From Ginkgo biloba (lineage: Eukaryota > Plantae > Ginkgophyta), in the NCBI GenBank assembly GCA_024626585.2, contig JANKJI020000004.1, positions 165,371,740-165,402,356 on the forward strand: a stretch of 30,617 nt of DNA. The letters run 5' to 3'. The notes under the pieces were generated by a model that was given only the letters and a program-made list of their open reading frames with translations, had not been told where the DNA came from and searched no databases. The stretch's first letter is position 1. Every line of letters begins with the position of its first letter. This document shows positions 1 to 14,350 of the stretch, in pieces. The position numbers and the translations under genes are program-made.

Positions 1-1349
1 TCTTAAAAATCTTAATTTATAGAAAAAATATTGCCAAAATGGCATGCCAATCTAGGGGGTATATTTGAAATTTGATTGTGCACAAGTAAAGTCCCATTCT
101 ATTCACATCATGACTATGATGGTTACCCCTCTTCTTTTTCATGTTGTGAGTTGTTGCATTTTCATCGAATCATAATGAAGCAAATATTTTTTTTTAGTAA
201 GAAAAAATTATCATTTATATTTTTCTTTCATTAGTTTATCTTAACACAAGTGCTAATAGATTAGTGTAAGAAATAGTTACAAAAGTTTGATTAGAGTAAT
301 TAATTATGGTTTGATTGACTTAAATGTATCTAGGTAGGAGATTGGCCATGTTGAATGTTTCATATACACAAACAAATGGTGTCATAACAAGATCATAGAG
401 CTCTTTTATTAGTCTATCCTTAGTAGTTTTTAGAGCAGCTAAAGTTTAAAAAAGAAAAAATTCTCTATTCAAATTTTCCCCTGAATTACCTTCAAATATT
501 TTCTTATGTTTGATAAAATTAACTCTCCTTACCTTTGTTTTACTTTTAAATTACACAAGTGGTTTATTAAGATAAATTTTTTAAAGTAACTATAAAGAAA
601 GAGATAACCATGCAATTATTCATACTCATGTAAGTATGGCAAGAAAGTAAGCAAGCCTCTTTGTAAGAATGGCTCCACACTAAGACAGATGATGAAGAAT
701 TCTTAAGGAGCTCAAGGATCTAAAAGAGGATACCTTACACATCATGCAATGAGGGTGCTTCATAAATCTCCTTTCTACCTTGGTCTTGATTGTAGTAATA
801 CTAATGAATAGGAGTATAAGATGGAAAGGGAAGAAAAGGTATTAAAGGAAGGAAGTGCACCAATAAGATATGGTAATAAGAGAATGGATATGGATAGTCT
901 CAAAGGTGTATTGAACAATTTATAGATTGTTTATGGGTCTAGAGACACCTTGTACTAAAAATTATTACAACAATTATAAGTAGTTGTAAGTGCATATATA
1001 CAACTTGTCAATACAAATGATAATAACATTTATGGCATACATTATTTTTAAAATTAGAATTTCAAACACATGCTGGTGAATTTTTCCTTTTTTTAACACA
1101 AAGTAAACATAAATCTTACATATAAGTCAATGATTAGTGGCAAGCCATTAAGCTAGGTCCCTTACACTATGTGTGTATGATGTCCCTATTTTTAGGAAGG
1201 GGTAATAAAAAAATATGCCTTGAAAAGTAAGAAACTAATTACCACAAGAAAATGATATGTGGTTTTTTAATGGAAATCATATCAAGAGATAATTTTTAAT
1301 AAAGGTAGAAAAGTAATATTAATAATTATATATGAGCTTTATTATTATT

Positions 1350-1761
1350 TTTAATTTTAAAGAAAAACTTTTATATCCATAGAATCTTTAAAGAAGAATT
1401 AATATTAAGTTGATACTATGATGATGACGGGTAAAAGAGTAGAGTAGAAGTTGTTGATATATCTGGAAGGTCCAAATTGATGATGGTTATGTAGATGGTA
1501 ATACCTTTATGAGAAGGTAAACAACCAACCATAATAATGTGTGCTCCAATAAGTATATGATCCCTAGAGTTTTTAGGGAGGTTCTTCTATAAGTACGTGG
1601 GCGGTGCCAAATTTCAAATCCAACGTGGTGAATTTCTTTTTTAATTTTATGATCTCTTTCTTATTTGAATTCTATTCTTAAGGAGATAGCAAGGTCTAAA
1701 AGTTTTAGTTTTGAGGAAGGGTAGTTGTATTCTTAGAATTTCCATCCATAATGTTTCATAA
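1350..1761 (+). mobile_element. Possible 3' end of a decayed Gypsy element (chromodomain remnant, PPT, LTR start)
   Basis: GAGGAAGGGTAGT followed by TGTA at ~1713-1729 looks like a PPT/LTR junction. A weak frameshifted chromodomain-like segment lies at ~1585-1630. Confidence 0.3.
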
Positions 1762-2999
1762 NNNNNNNNNNNNNNNNNNNNNNNNNNNNNNNNNNNNNNN
1801 NNNNNNNNNNNNNNNNNNNNNNNNNNNNNNNNNNNNNNNNNNNNNNNNNNNNNNNNNNNNNCCTCTAATCTCTTCGCAAAAAAATGATTTATATAATCCT
1901 TTTCCCTAATTATCTCCTCCTACTCCATGGTAGAAGAAGGGTCTCTCCTTCCTCTAGTTAATGTTCTTTCCTGTGGTTCCAATCTTGCTCTTTTGTAGTC
2001 TTGCCTAGTTTGCACCATCAACCAAGCACATGCATAAAATAAAGAAAACTAGTACTATAAATAAAAATATATGTAGGTGTCAAATATGTTAGAACTAATA
2101 GACTAGGATCTGACACCAAATATTGTACCACTAACCCATTTGTTATGTGTGTGTGGAAGTGTATAGGCAAGTGATACTCAAAGGTTGCCTAAATTTTGTT
2201 TATATATAGGTTGTCATAATATTTTTTATCTATAAATTGATGGTACCATATAGTGTATATAAAATTTTGAACCCCAAAATATTTTATCTTTCAACCGTCT
2301 ATCATAAACTATACCTTTTTCCAAGTGTTACACCTTTCCCTAAGTGCAGTATGCCTTTTCTTGCCTGTTGGTGCTAGTTTTCCCCATGATGCCATATATT
2401 TTTCCTGTACAGTCAAACCCAAAAAAATAAATCTTTGGTGTGTTCAATCAAGACACATGGATTCACGTGAAGTACTTACATGTAAATAGAGAATCTTAGA
2501 TAATAAAGAATCTAATATGAATACAATGTAAGATAGAATTTATTGTCAAATCTCTCACTCTTATCAAATCTACGGTGAGATCTCATACAAGTTAGTTTGT
2601 GCACAAGTGTATGAAGTAGTGTGTAAGTTTTCATGGCCTATACCTTCTTATATTGATAAGCTAGGTCCATTATTAGTCTCTATCCAAATATATATGTGGA
2701 ATGCATGATTTTTACAAGTAGCGCTTCTTATCCATACAAGGACTCCTCTTATGTGCATGAGCATCTTACTAATCTAGGAGAAAACTAATATAGAAAAAAC
2801 TCCTAATCTAATCTAGGATAAATAAGGTAAGTGTTTATGCACAAATAAAGTATGTGCACACTTTTTCCCCTTGGTCATAGCCTCTTATACAATTCAAGGC
2901 TATGTGACCTCTAAACGGTGTTAATCCTATGATCTCCTATTTTTTTTATGTATGTGCACACCTAATGGTACATNNNNNNNNNNNNNNNNNNNNNNTATC

Positions 3000-5750
3000 C
3001 ATGTTATCATATATAACTCTTCATTCCAAAAAAATTTCCCCTTATTTAAGACCAGTTCAAATGGTATACCAAACTAAAAAATAATGTTGGAGATCATAAA
3101 GTCGACTATAGTTTCTACATATGCTCAATGAATAGGGGTTTCTTCTACTTATTTCATCAAATAGTTTATGGAATTCATTAGATGAAGGTGTTAAACTATA
3201 GAATGGACTATCACATTAATATATTAAGCTCCAATTTCATAAAAGGAACCAAAATAATTATAGGCTATAACTATAAACTAGGTAGCACTGCCTTCTTGGA
3301 ATTAACTTGGCATGCCTTCACCATAGCACACATGTCCTTAAATAGAGTAGGATAATAAAAATAAGTTTATACCACCTTTNNNNNNNNNNNNNNNNNNNNN
3401 NNNNNNNNNNNNNNNNNNNNNNNNNNNNNNNNNNNNNNNNNNNNNNNNNNNNNNNNNNNNNNNNNNNNNNNNNNNNNNNNNNNNNNNNNNNNNNNNNNNN
3501 NNNNNNNNNNNNNNNNNNNNNNNNNNNNNNNNNNNNNNNNNNNNNNNNNNNNNNNNNNNNNNNNNNNNNNNNNNNNNNNNNNNNNNNNNNNNNNNNNNNN
3601 NNNNNNNNNNNNNNNNNNNNNNNNNNNNNNNNNNNNNNNNNNNNNNNNNNNNNNNNNNNNNNNNNNNNNNNNNNNNNNNNNNNNNNNNNNNNNNNNNNNN
3701 NNNNNNNNNNNNNNNNNNNNNNNNNNNNNNNNNNNNNNNNNNNNNNNNNNNNNNNNNNNNNNNNNNNNNNNNNNNNNNNNNNNNNNNNNNNNNNNNNNNN
3801 NNNNNNNNNNNNNNNNNNNNNNNNNNNNNNNNNNNNNNNNNNNNNNNNNNNNNNNNNNNNNNNNNNNNNNNNNNNNNNNNNNNNNNNNNNNNNNNNNNNN
3901 NNNNNNNNNNNNNNNNNNNNNNNNNNNNNNATATTGATATTTTGGATCTATATATTATATTCCCACATGATATACTAGTTGCTCTCATCCTTGATCATCT
4001 AGTTAGAGAAGGATTGGCAATATTACTTTGATGCTAGTATGTGTAATCAATAGGAACTCTATAGACTAATTTTGGGGAAACTACAAGTAAGAGTTGAATC
4101 AATAATGCTTTCATATTATCCAATGTCATTTGATAGAAATCGATCCAATGAAACTTAACCCCTTTCTTTAACAAATTATTTACTACGGCTAACACAATAG
4201 AATAATTTAAAATTAATCTCTAGTAATAACCAAATTTTTCCAATAATGATCAAACTCCTAATATATCCTTAGGAAGTAATAAAGAATATATTATCTAAAC
4301 CACTTCAAAATATGATTCCATACCTTCTATTGAAATAATCCAACTTAGTAGCTTATCCTTAATTGTATAGAGGACACATTTTGGTAGTTAAAATAAAACA
4401 TTGAGTTTTTGACAATATTTGAAGTAATTACTTAACTCAACAAAATGTTATTACCTACTCGGGAGTTAACTAATTCCTCCAGGTAGACAATCATAGTATT
4501 TTCTAGTAATGGATTAATATCACCTATATTATTTACTAGAATATCACCAGTGCATTGATAAATTCAAACAACATGATCTAGTATACTAAGGTTCTCCATG
4601 GAGATATAATCATAGTCTTTAGTCAATCATCTAAGTCAATCCTAATTTGATTATAGATAAAGTAACCATCCATAAAGGAATATACCTCCTTACTAGATAC
4701 CTGATCAATAACCNNNNNNNNNNNNNNNNNNNNNNNNNNNNNNNNNNNNNNNNNNNNNNNNNNNNNNNNNNNNNNNNNNNNNNNNNNNNNNNNNNNNNNN
4801 NATTATTTTTTGTGATTGGAACTATCAAATACACCCACTAATAATGTTCAAATTTGAATATGAAGTTGGCCTTCAATTATTTTTAGATCTCCTCTTTTAT
4901 CTAGAGAATGACCTTAGGTTCCAACCTTCTCTACTTTTAATGCACTAGTTGAGTGCCTTATTTTAGGAAGGTGTGCAATAAATCCACCTCTACTAGCATG
5001 AGATTCAACTTGAAAAATAATTCCATGTAAAATATCACAAACTCTTTATAAAGTGCCACATATTATTTAATTTCTTGAGGCAATCAAGACGTTATAAACT
5101 AAAACATCTCTAGCCTACCTTCTAGGCCTATATATACCTCATGGTGGGTTCCTCTAAATGATAAGATAATTACATCAAGTTACCTTCATCATAAATTCAT
5201 GTACTAGCAATTTTTAATACTTAATCTAGTGGATATATTACTTCATGCAATATTACTCAACATTTTCCTTTTCTCAAACATTCTTACTCCCAATGCATGA
5301 AGGTATTCTTTCGCATGTCGGTCATCATAATCCATCTTAGCCTACGCAAATCCTACTTTCCATTAATCTAAATAAAGATAACTTCTTCCGTAATAACTTC
5401 TCAAAGGATAAGACCATATTTATTACTCTTAGGATGAATAGGGGTGATCCCCTTCTATTAGTAAGAACATATCTAGGGTGATGGGAACACCTCTGATCAT
5501 TATATCCTTAGGATTAGTGTAATTAATATAAACAATCATCATATTTCCACTCAATTATAACCATCTAATTCTACACCAAAATACTTGCATTAGCTATATA
5601 GAGCCAAGGATGACCAAATGACAAGTAAAAGTAGTTAACTTAGGGTAAATTCTCTATATTAAAAGCTCTTCAATCCAACGTCCGTGCAACATCTACCTTG
5701 ACCAATTTTATCACTCCTTTTGGAGAGATTTATCTTGAATCAAAGGCTAC
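3000..5750 (-). mobile_element. Degenerate Ty3/Gypsy pol (non-chromovirus Tat/Athila-like): protease, RT, RNase H/integrase remnants
   Basis: Minus-strand translation ~4713-4470 gives VIDQVSSKEVYSFMDGYFIYNQIRIDLDD*LKTMIISPWRTLVY*IMLFEFINA...IVYLEE (RT consensus FMDGYSGYNQI...TPWG...MPFGL.NA...YLDD). ~5700-5570 gives YLSFGHPWLYIANASI (protease LLGRPWL motif). KKGVKFHW lies near 4150. Many stops. The element probably continues (gag) to ~7100. Confidence 0.8.
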
Positions 5751-5755
5751 TAAAG

Positions 5756-5783
5756 TTTATGGTTTAGGGTTTAAGGTTTAGTG
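5756..5783 (+). repeat. Degenerate plant telomere-type heptamer run
   Basis: TTTATGG TTTAGGG TTTAAGG TTTAGTG, running into an N gap. Confidence 0.7.
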
Positions 5784-8700
5784 NNNNNNNNNNNNNNNNN
5801 NNNNNNNNNNNNNNNNNNNNNNNNNNNNNNNNNNNNNNNNNNNNNNNNNNNNNNNNNNNNNNNNNNNNNNNNNNNNNNNNNNNCTACTTTAGACAAACAC
5901 TAAAATAATCTACTTAATAAATAGAAATATCATGGGATAACCCCTTTCTAAAATTCAGTAAGAAAATAATTACTAAATAAAGTTTCATAAGTAAACTTGG
6001 GCAGGTTTAAAATGATTGTTAGAATCTAGCTATCCAACATGTAAGAATTATCTTCTAAGTTAGAATCCAATGACATGTAAGTTACCCAAGGCTCAACCCA
6101 CAAGACCGTGGTAAGTCTAGGCTTCATCTCAATAAATAAATCTAATCGAGGAAAGCCTTATCTAGGTAGTCTAAATGAATATTTAGGGATATTAAAATAT
6201 GGGGTATAGTGAAGAAGGAAAATATTTCTATTAACTCCAAAGTTAATTCAAAATACTTCTTCGACATCTCATTCATGACACCATATCTAGAGTTCAATGA
6301 ATTACACAATAATAAGGAATCTGATCAAACATACATCCTAGGCACTCCTTGAGTAACTAAAACCAACAAGGATTTAATTAAAGCCATATACTCAACCATA
6401 TTATTGGTACAAGGAAAAGGAATTATCCCAATATGGCTCACTACAAGATTTTTTTTACTATCCCTTAAAATCCAAGAAAAATTATATGGACATCATATAC
6501 CTGTATAAGATTCAACAACATATAGAATCCAAGATGCAAGATCTAAATCATATACATGATATTTCAAGAGTAACTTCCATGGTTCCCATAACATTTTGGA
6601 ATCCTAGAAAAATACATTCACAATCAAGTTCACCTTCTCAATGGGCACACTAGATATTGATGATCAAATTTATTAGTTATTTTTTAGCTAGTAACAGACT
6701 CCTATGTTATAGGAAACACACCACCCAAAGTTTCAGTATGGATTCAATTTATTGGGCAGATAACCTTCTTTTACTTCTCTAACGATGGATATTCAAATGG
6801 ATTATCAACTTGATATTCCACCACCAACATCGCAATAGACCCTCCAAACCTATGAGGGCTTGTATACCTTAACTATCAAGATCATGTATGTAGGATTCCT
6901 TTTATTAAGAGATAATAGAAATAATGTGGACCATAAATGAACTTCTATTAACCTAAGCTTACACTAATTCTAAATTGGTATGGTTAGATAATACAACTTG
7001 GAAAATACTTAAAGAAAATTATCTAGAGTTCCTATGAATGCTTTGAACAAATTGATCATATAATGCTTACAAATTCATATTGGTCTTACCTAAAACCAAC
7101 AAAAATAAATAATAATAGTAGTGTGAGATAGTGTTAAGCCTATATGCCTAATGGGTGCATAGTAAGTCCCTACCCTATGCATAAAGGAGTAACAACTCGT
7201 AAGATAGCACATTCACATCCATAAGTATTGTACACGANNNNNNNNNNNNNNNNNNNNNNNNNNNNNNNNNNNNNNNNNNNNNNNNNNNNNNNNNNNNNNN
7301 NNNNNNNNNNNNNNNNNNNNNNNNNNNNNNNNNNNNNACATCCTATATGTCCTACCTACTATATGACTCTCATATACCACATCATTTGAAGAGAATCAAT
7401 TATCCATCTGCTTCTCTACATGACAGGGGAGGATATGCAAAAATGATTATGGAAAGCAATGGATGGATCGCTCATGGACTAGGAAAAGAAACATATGTCT
7501 ATCTTCTGTTGTTAAGTTCCTATCCCTAGCTAAATCCATCCATCGTGTCCCTTGTCATTGACAACACTAGCAGATCATCCTAAGATAGGAGTAGTTTTAC
7601 CTTCTCATAAGAGGAAGAATGGAGGTTCCCTCCATTCTCCACAATTAATTCCAACCTTTCTTTCTAATTCCACCCATTCCACTCCCCCCCTGAAAGGAAA
7701 CTTTCATTTGATGAGTACATGAATAATACCAACCATATCATTCACCACCCCAAATCATTCCACTTTTAGCCTCCATCACCTTGCTTTCCTCTATCCATTA
7801 GAGTTATCCATTTATAGAAATTTTTTACCATCTCTCTGCTAGCTTACAACAACTTCTAAATGACCCTGCCCAATCTTCGATGGCTATAATATCATGGCAT
7901 GGCTAAGTATGTACTTTATAAAAGAGAAAATTTGGGCATTCTCTAAATGGATATGGCAAGTACAATTTACTAGAAACCACCCTTACGAGTGGTGTACTCC
8001 CTCGTTCTTAGAATTATTGGAATATTTAATGTTTAGACTCTTTTATGTTTAGTCATTAATATATATGTACTTTATATAATAATGATGTAATTAATTATAA
8101 CTTCTAGAGGAAGTTATTGGGGATTTATTAATTAGTTGTTATTTGGGATCTATTTAATAGACCCATACCCATTATACTATGTATCAAATCAAGTAGTACT
8201 GTAATAAAAACTGCGGTAGACCAATTCTACCCAGATAATCGTATAATGTGTGATGATTCTTGTCTCTTATCTTGAATTACTCATTATTGTCCATGATCCT
8301 ATTTTTATATGTGGTATTAGAGCCATGTTTAGGAGCAGAGCAAGTGAATTCAGAGATTGAAGAATCGAGAGGGTTTCAAACCCTGATGCAGTANNNNNNN
8401 NNNNNNNNNNNNNNNNNNNNNNNNNNNNNNNNNNNNNNNNNNNNNNNNNNNNNNNNNNNNNNNNNNNNNNNNNNNNNNNNNNNNNNNNNNNNNATGAGCA
8501 TGTTAAAAATATATAATTCAATGGTACCGAAGTATGGTTAAATTATATGATTAGTTTACTCATCAATGAAAAATTAACTAAGTTGTAGATCATCGTCTCC
8601 ATGATTATGGACCACTATTGGTATGTAATTATATTATATATTATAAGTTGATTTTTTTTCTCAATAATTATATTCTCAAAGTATGGTATATGATTTTCAT

Positions 8701-9749
8701 GAAAAAATAATTTATTCTTTCACCTCTTTGATTAGCTTTGTTAGTAAAATAGTTATGTAATTATTTACCATGAATTATGATTTTGTTATCATTTTAATTA
8801 TATTTTAATAATATTTCAACATAAGTGTAGTTATAGTTAAGTCCTAATCTACCCATAATTAAGTAGTAAGCTTACCCTAGTTATATGTGGGCTTAGTTCA
8901 ATGCATATATATAATTGAAGCATACTTAAGTATTGATCCACCTTGACTTATATATTGACTAAATCACACTTAAGCATTCAACTAGCCCTAACTATACATG
9001 AGTTTTGAATAGTTGGATATTTCTTATTTTTTATAAAGAGTTTGGGACATTAATTTATTGACTATGGATGTTGTGCATGATGTACTTTAAAGGTTGTATA
9101 AACCCTTTAAAAATAATTAAACAGTAAATTTAATTCAAATTTAAGACAAAACTATCTCCTATTGTACATTCTACAAATAAATGACAGTAGATATGCATTT
9201 TGACATGGATAGACTATGAATCATTGTCACTTTGTCAATAATTTTCTTTTTAAATAGAGTAACAAGGAATTTGCCTATTCTTGGTCTCTACTAAGATACA
9301 TAAGCTAGGTGACTAACTTAAACAATATGACTTTAATTCCACACAATGTTGAAAAAATTATCATTATGCATCAAGCAGAGAATATGCATTAATAAAAACT
9401 CATATAGCCTCTTCCCATATTACTAACCCTATATATATACCACCTAAGTTAAACTCTACTTCAACATGCATAGATTTATTTGTATTTATTTTGGGATATT
9501 CATCTTCCCCACACCTTTCCAAGGATTTTACATGCACTACCAATGTTTAATATTATTTCAATGAAGCCATAGCTAGATGCCTTAATAACCTTAAATGATG
9601 ACATCTACATTTACATAAATGTATTAAGTAATCCCATCATTGTAATGATGCAACAAATCCATATAACAATTATGGGTCATTTTCTTATAGTAATCATGTC
9701 TTCTCTAATATTACAACTAAGAGTTTTTGCATGATGATTATTGTTTTCT

Positions 9750-10060
9750 TATACTCAATTACTTATAAGGATAGTTATTGATCTAGAAAATAGAACTTAG
9801 AAGGTAATGCAAGACCTGGTTTCTTTCCTATTTTCTATATGCTCTCCTTTGTGTATTATATTAGGCATAGATAGAAGAAAATCCATCCTAGGATTTTTTT
9901 TAATTTTTTTTAATCTACCAATCTACAATGAAGACAATTTAACACGTGTTCTAGCCATTATCAAAGTCCCTCAAAGGAAATCTTTCTCGAGTACATCCTT
10001 TAAAAATAAGGTTAAAGAGATAATTTCTCCACTACATATTAAAAAATGTTAAAGAGATGA
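9750..10060 (-). mobile_element. Possible Gypsy integrase C-terminal (GPY/F region) remnant
   Basis: Frameshifted minus-strand segments resemble GD.V....K..F.VG..KK+.PR...AY.+.LP. Heavily decayed. Confidence 0.3.
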
Positions 10061-12828
10061 TTACATTTAGTAAAAAATGTGTATGGTATACTATTACTTT
10101 AGTTTATTTGGAATTGATTAAATTATGATCAGTTCAAATATAACACAGAATTTACAAATCTTGGTTAGATACCAAAGTTTGCTAACAAATAAATTGTAAT
10201 TGATTTCTTTTTGTTCTTATATGTAATAGTAGCGATCAACAAAGAAATATGGAGGCCATCTAAACTTGCTCTAAGTTCATAATAAATGCATAAAATGCAA
10301 TCTCAAATAAATAAAAAATGTACACCATCTAAAATGGTATGTAAATCAAACACCCCATATTGTAGTTTTTTATTGGGATAAAATAACTCTAATATTGTTA
10401 ACAATCATTCTATATATTAATTGGATGGTTTTCACTAGTATTTTAGAGGATTTTGAAGATGATGTAGTAAGTAGATTTATGACATTATATGTTGATCAAA
10501 TGGGCATTTATGACCATACATATTATCATGTAATGATACATTAAGAATTGCCATTTATTTCCAATAAAGGACCTCATAAGACATCACTAGATTTATCATT
10601 AGCAAAGGGTATTAATGAATTAACTCATGTCCATATCTTTGATTCTATATTTTAAGTAAGAAATATGTGGATTTTGAAATGTTAATTTAGAAATAAATAT
10701 CCATGCCCTCTACATTTAGATTTGGAACTCATGACCTTTTCCTAGAATGATGATAAAAAAGTTTACAAAAACATAATAGTTTTTACCATTATTTTATTGT
10801 AATTTGTCTAATTCTTAAAAATTATCATGAGAAACTCAATAAAATAACATTTACTCTTGAATTTATATATAGTACAAACTATTCTTCATATCATACTCTC
10901 TCTTTCTCATCCTCCTATATATATTTTTCATACTTAAAATGTCCATCATATCTAAAATATTAAATTCCATAACTTATAAGGGCTTAAAGAAGAAATTCAA
11001 AATATTCATTAGAAATGGATTTTTTAATTCCTTTTTTTACATGTTGATTTTAGTAACAATTAATTTACATCCTCCCTATGAACAAAAAGAGAAAGAGGAT
11101 TATGTTGATGAGAATTTGATCCCATTTTTTGTTAGGGATCTCTTTAAAATTTGAACCCATGGTTAGTAATAGAATTAGAATAGATACTTTTTGTTTTCTT
11201 CTCACACGAGCCCATATCCTTATTTTTTCATCAATGGTGGTGAGTCCATATTAATTAAAGTATACTATCATGCATGCTCTGTAGGATTAGAAACCATTAA
11301 AAGTTAGAAGTGACCTACACTGAAATATAGATATTTAGAATAATATGATGGACATTGGACACTATGAAAAAGTGAATTCATATAAAATTCAAAGTGATAA
11401 ATTTGATGATGTCCACACANNNNNNNNNNNNNNNNNNNNNNNNNNNNNNNNNNNNNNNNNNNNNNNNNNNNNNNNNNNNNNNNNNNNNNNNNNNNNNNNN
11501 NNNNNNNNNNNNNNNNNNNAGATGTGATTTTTTGTAGGTGATAATACAACTCAACATCAACACTGAGTAGTTGTGGTAGCTCTTCAATACTATTGGTACT
11601 CCACCTAGGTATACTGGAAGAATGGAAGTTAAAGAAGGGCTAGAAATATGACAGTTAGAAGGAATGTTAGAAATTATGATGCCCGCAGGGGAAGGCAACA
11701 TGGTGGTAGGTGAAGGTATAATACAATATTAAATATAATAGGTAATGCATGGGTGGCTCCAATGGGTGGTAAACTTGCCATCATATTAGGATAAAATGAA
11801 CTCTAATATGCATTAAACTTATGATGTGTGGAAGCTAGAAGGAAAGAAGAATGCTTCAGTGAGTGGATGGACCCAATCACTATAAAGAAAGGATACATAG
11901 GTGATAGGTTGGGGTGATAGTGTCTCATAGGATAGTTCTGAGGATAACTAATTTGTACTCACTTTTCTGATTCAATTTTTGGGTTCTTATTGTTGTAGCC
12001 CACAAACAATGATATAGTGGTTCTCAAGAACTATTGTGTACTCTTTTTTTCAATTTAGCCTTCGGATACTCTCTATTTTTTATGCAGCTAAGGGACAACT
12101 ATGTATTGGTAAATATGTATCCCAATAGGGAAAATTTTGAAAGAGAATACATAGGAATATCTATGTGATTGAATATATGTGTACCTGGCTATAAAAATCT
12201 AGATTAAATATGTATGAACAGTGGGACAACTATGTATGACCTATGGTAAGAGCAATTTTGGCTTGTAGCTCAATAAGGCAGATTGTGTGTAAATAGCCCA
12301 AATGTAAAAAGTTGGGTTATATATGTATGAACAGTGGATAAAAGAATAGTTATGGAAGACCTGTTGGTANNNNNNNNNNNNNNNNNNNNNNNNNNNNNNN
12401 NNNNNNNNNNNNNNNNNNNNNNNNNNNNCAATAAAAAAAAAATTATAGTTGGGGATGGAGGGATGTACACTTCTAACTTTCTCAGATATATAGTATAGAT
12501 AGATATATGTATGTATGAACACACACAAACACATGGTTAGTATTTCCATAAAATTTTATGTCATTACAACTTTGGCAACACTATAATATTATTTTGATCA
12601 AAAATAAGAATTAGTATTGAGTCAACCATAGTTAAGTGTTGAGATAATAACAAAAAGGTATGGGTCCACATAGTTAAATTTTTTTTTTTTTATTTGGANN
12701 NNNNNNNNNNNNTCATCAATAGTAATAATATATTTAGGTTGGATTAATATTTGTCTTTTGATTAGATTGGTGTATATTGAAGCTAAATGGACGAGTTTTT
12801 TAAAAGTCATATTTTTTATATAATGGTA

Positions 12829-13186
12829 TATGTGTGTGTAGAAACTATTATAAAAAAAATTAAGAATAATATTTTCCCATTATCCTACATATCATTCAAA
12901 CATCTATGAAGGTAGACCTCTATCTCAACTTTGGTTATCATTATGATGGTGGAACTGTGTTAGTCTACCATCTCTATGATGGTGGTCCCTCCATGTCTAC
13001 TTTAATTACCTATGTAATGATGGACCCATGTTGGCCTTCCATCATAGAGATAGGAGATTAACATGGGTCCAAAATCATGAAATTCAACATGGAGGTCTAT
13101 CATCATTGCCAATGGATGATTAGTTTTGTATTCATCTTACATGTATATAATAGTTACTATTATATAAAATAGTATACACACACATA
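12829..13186. repeat. Imperfect foldback (MITE-like) inverted repeat
   Basis: Nested arms: tatgtgtgtgta (~12829) / tacacacacata (~13186); ggtagacctctat (~12911) / atggaggtctatc (~13089); 12950-12982 / 13039-13071. A perfect 12-bp IR also occurs at 13021-13032 / 13060-13071. Confidence 0.7.
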
Positions 13187-13289
13187 ATTCTATTGTTGTC
13201 CCTTTAGAATGTATAGATAGGATGAAGTGATCAATGGCATAAATATATAATTCAAAAATGAGTTTGATGTAATATGAGATCCTTACACA

Positions 13290-14350
13290 ATATTATGCTC
13301 CCTCAATACAATTGCTCCATTAGATGGCTATATGTGAACTCCTAGACAAATAGACAAACTTATAAAATATTTGCAATAAGATATATGAGAAAAATATATG
13401 CTAGCATAAAGAAATTATCAATTGAGAAGGAAGAGATTATATCAATGAGATACATTTAAGATAAAATCATGCAAAGAGAATAATTAATTAATAAACAAGA
13501 TAAGGCGATTGCAAGAAATATTCTCAACAATTGAAGATTAATATCCTAGACATATACAAACCCTTCTCCCTTCACTTCTTTGTAATAGTTAATCGCATGT
13601 AAGATGAATGTAATAAATGTCTCAATAGTGTGAGATGATATTATAACAATATTCTTCTATATGAAATAATACAAGAATGATCCAAGCCTTCTCAATGACC
13701 TCTAACAAAGTTTAATAGTAATATATGGGCCATAAATAAGATGAAATAATATAATTAGATTCCCCATACCTCTTTGTATTGATCCATAAGAGGTATCCAT
13801 ATGANNNNNNNNNNNNNNNNNNNNNNNNNNNNNNNNNNNNNNNNNNNNNNNNNNNNNNNNNNNNNNNNNNNNNNNNNNNNNNNNNNNNNNNNNNNNNNNN
13901 NNNNTCTCATTTGCTTTGGTCTTAGAAGCTCCTTTCCTAGACCAGGGACCTAGTTACAACGATCGAGCATAATTGAAGAATTTTGAGTAACACCAAAAAT
14001 ACTTATAATAATTGGAAACATTTGTTTACAAGAAAAACTAATACTAATACTTTAATGTGTTGATCCTCCAAATAAATAAGTATATACTTCCAAATCCAAA
14101 TGTAGTTATAGATTCCATAACAAATGGGATTTTTATGATGCATTGAGTTTTAGTTGTAGGGACACTATTACTTGAATTTTCTCTTAAAATAGGGTTTTAG
14201 AATATAATGCCATCTAAATCAATTCCCTTCAACCAAACTTTTCCTTTTATAAATTGATTCTTAATAAGATCATGGTCATCACCTTTTATCTTTATTTTCT
14301 ACTCACTTTTTATTAAAGGATAAATTTATAATTTAAAAGAGATGAACATG
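13290..14350 (-). mobile_element. Possible highly decayed Ty1/Copia RT-RNase H remnant
   Basis: Weak motifs in the expected order on the minus strand: KGID (~14225, cf. EGIDF), KELLRPKQ (~13920, cf. KALYGLKQ) and AIAL...LH...KCI (~13450-13510, cf. SAI.L..FH.R.KHI). Recognition is marginal. Confidence 0.35.

Noticed and set aside
2106-2125. TGGTGTCAGATCC (minus strand), PBS-like
   Set aside because: Mismatched to the iMet PBS, and no paired LTR could be demonstrated.
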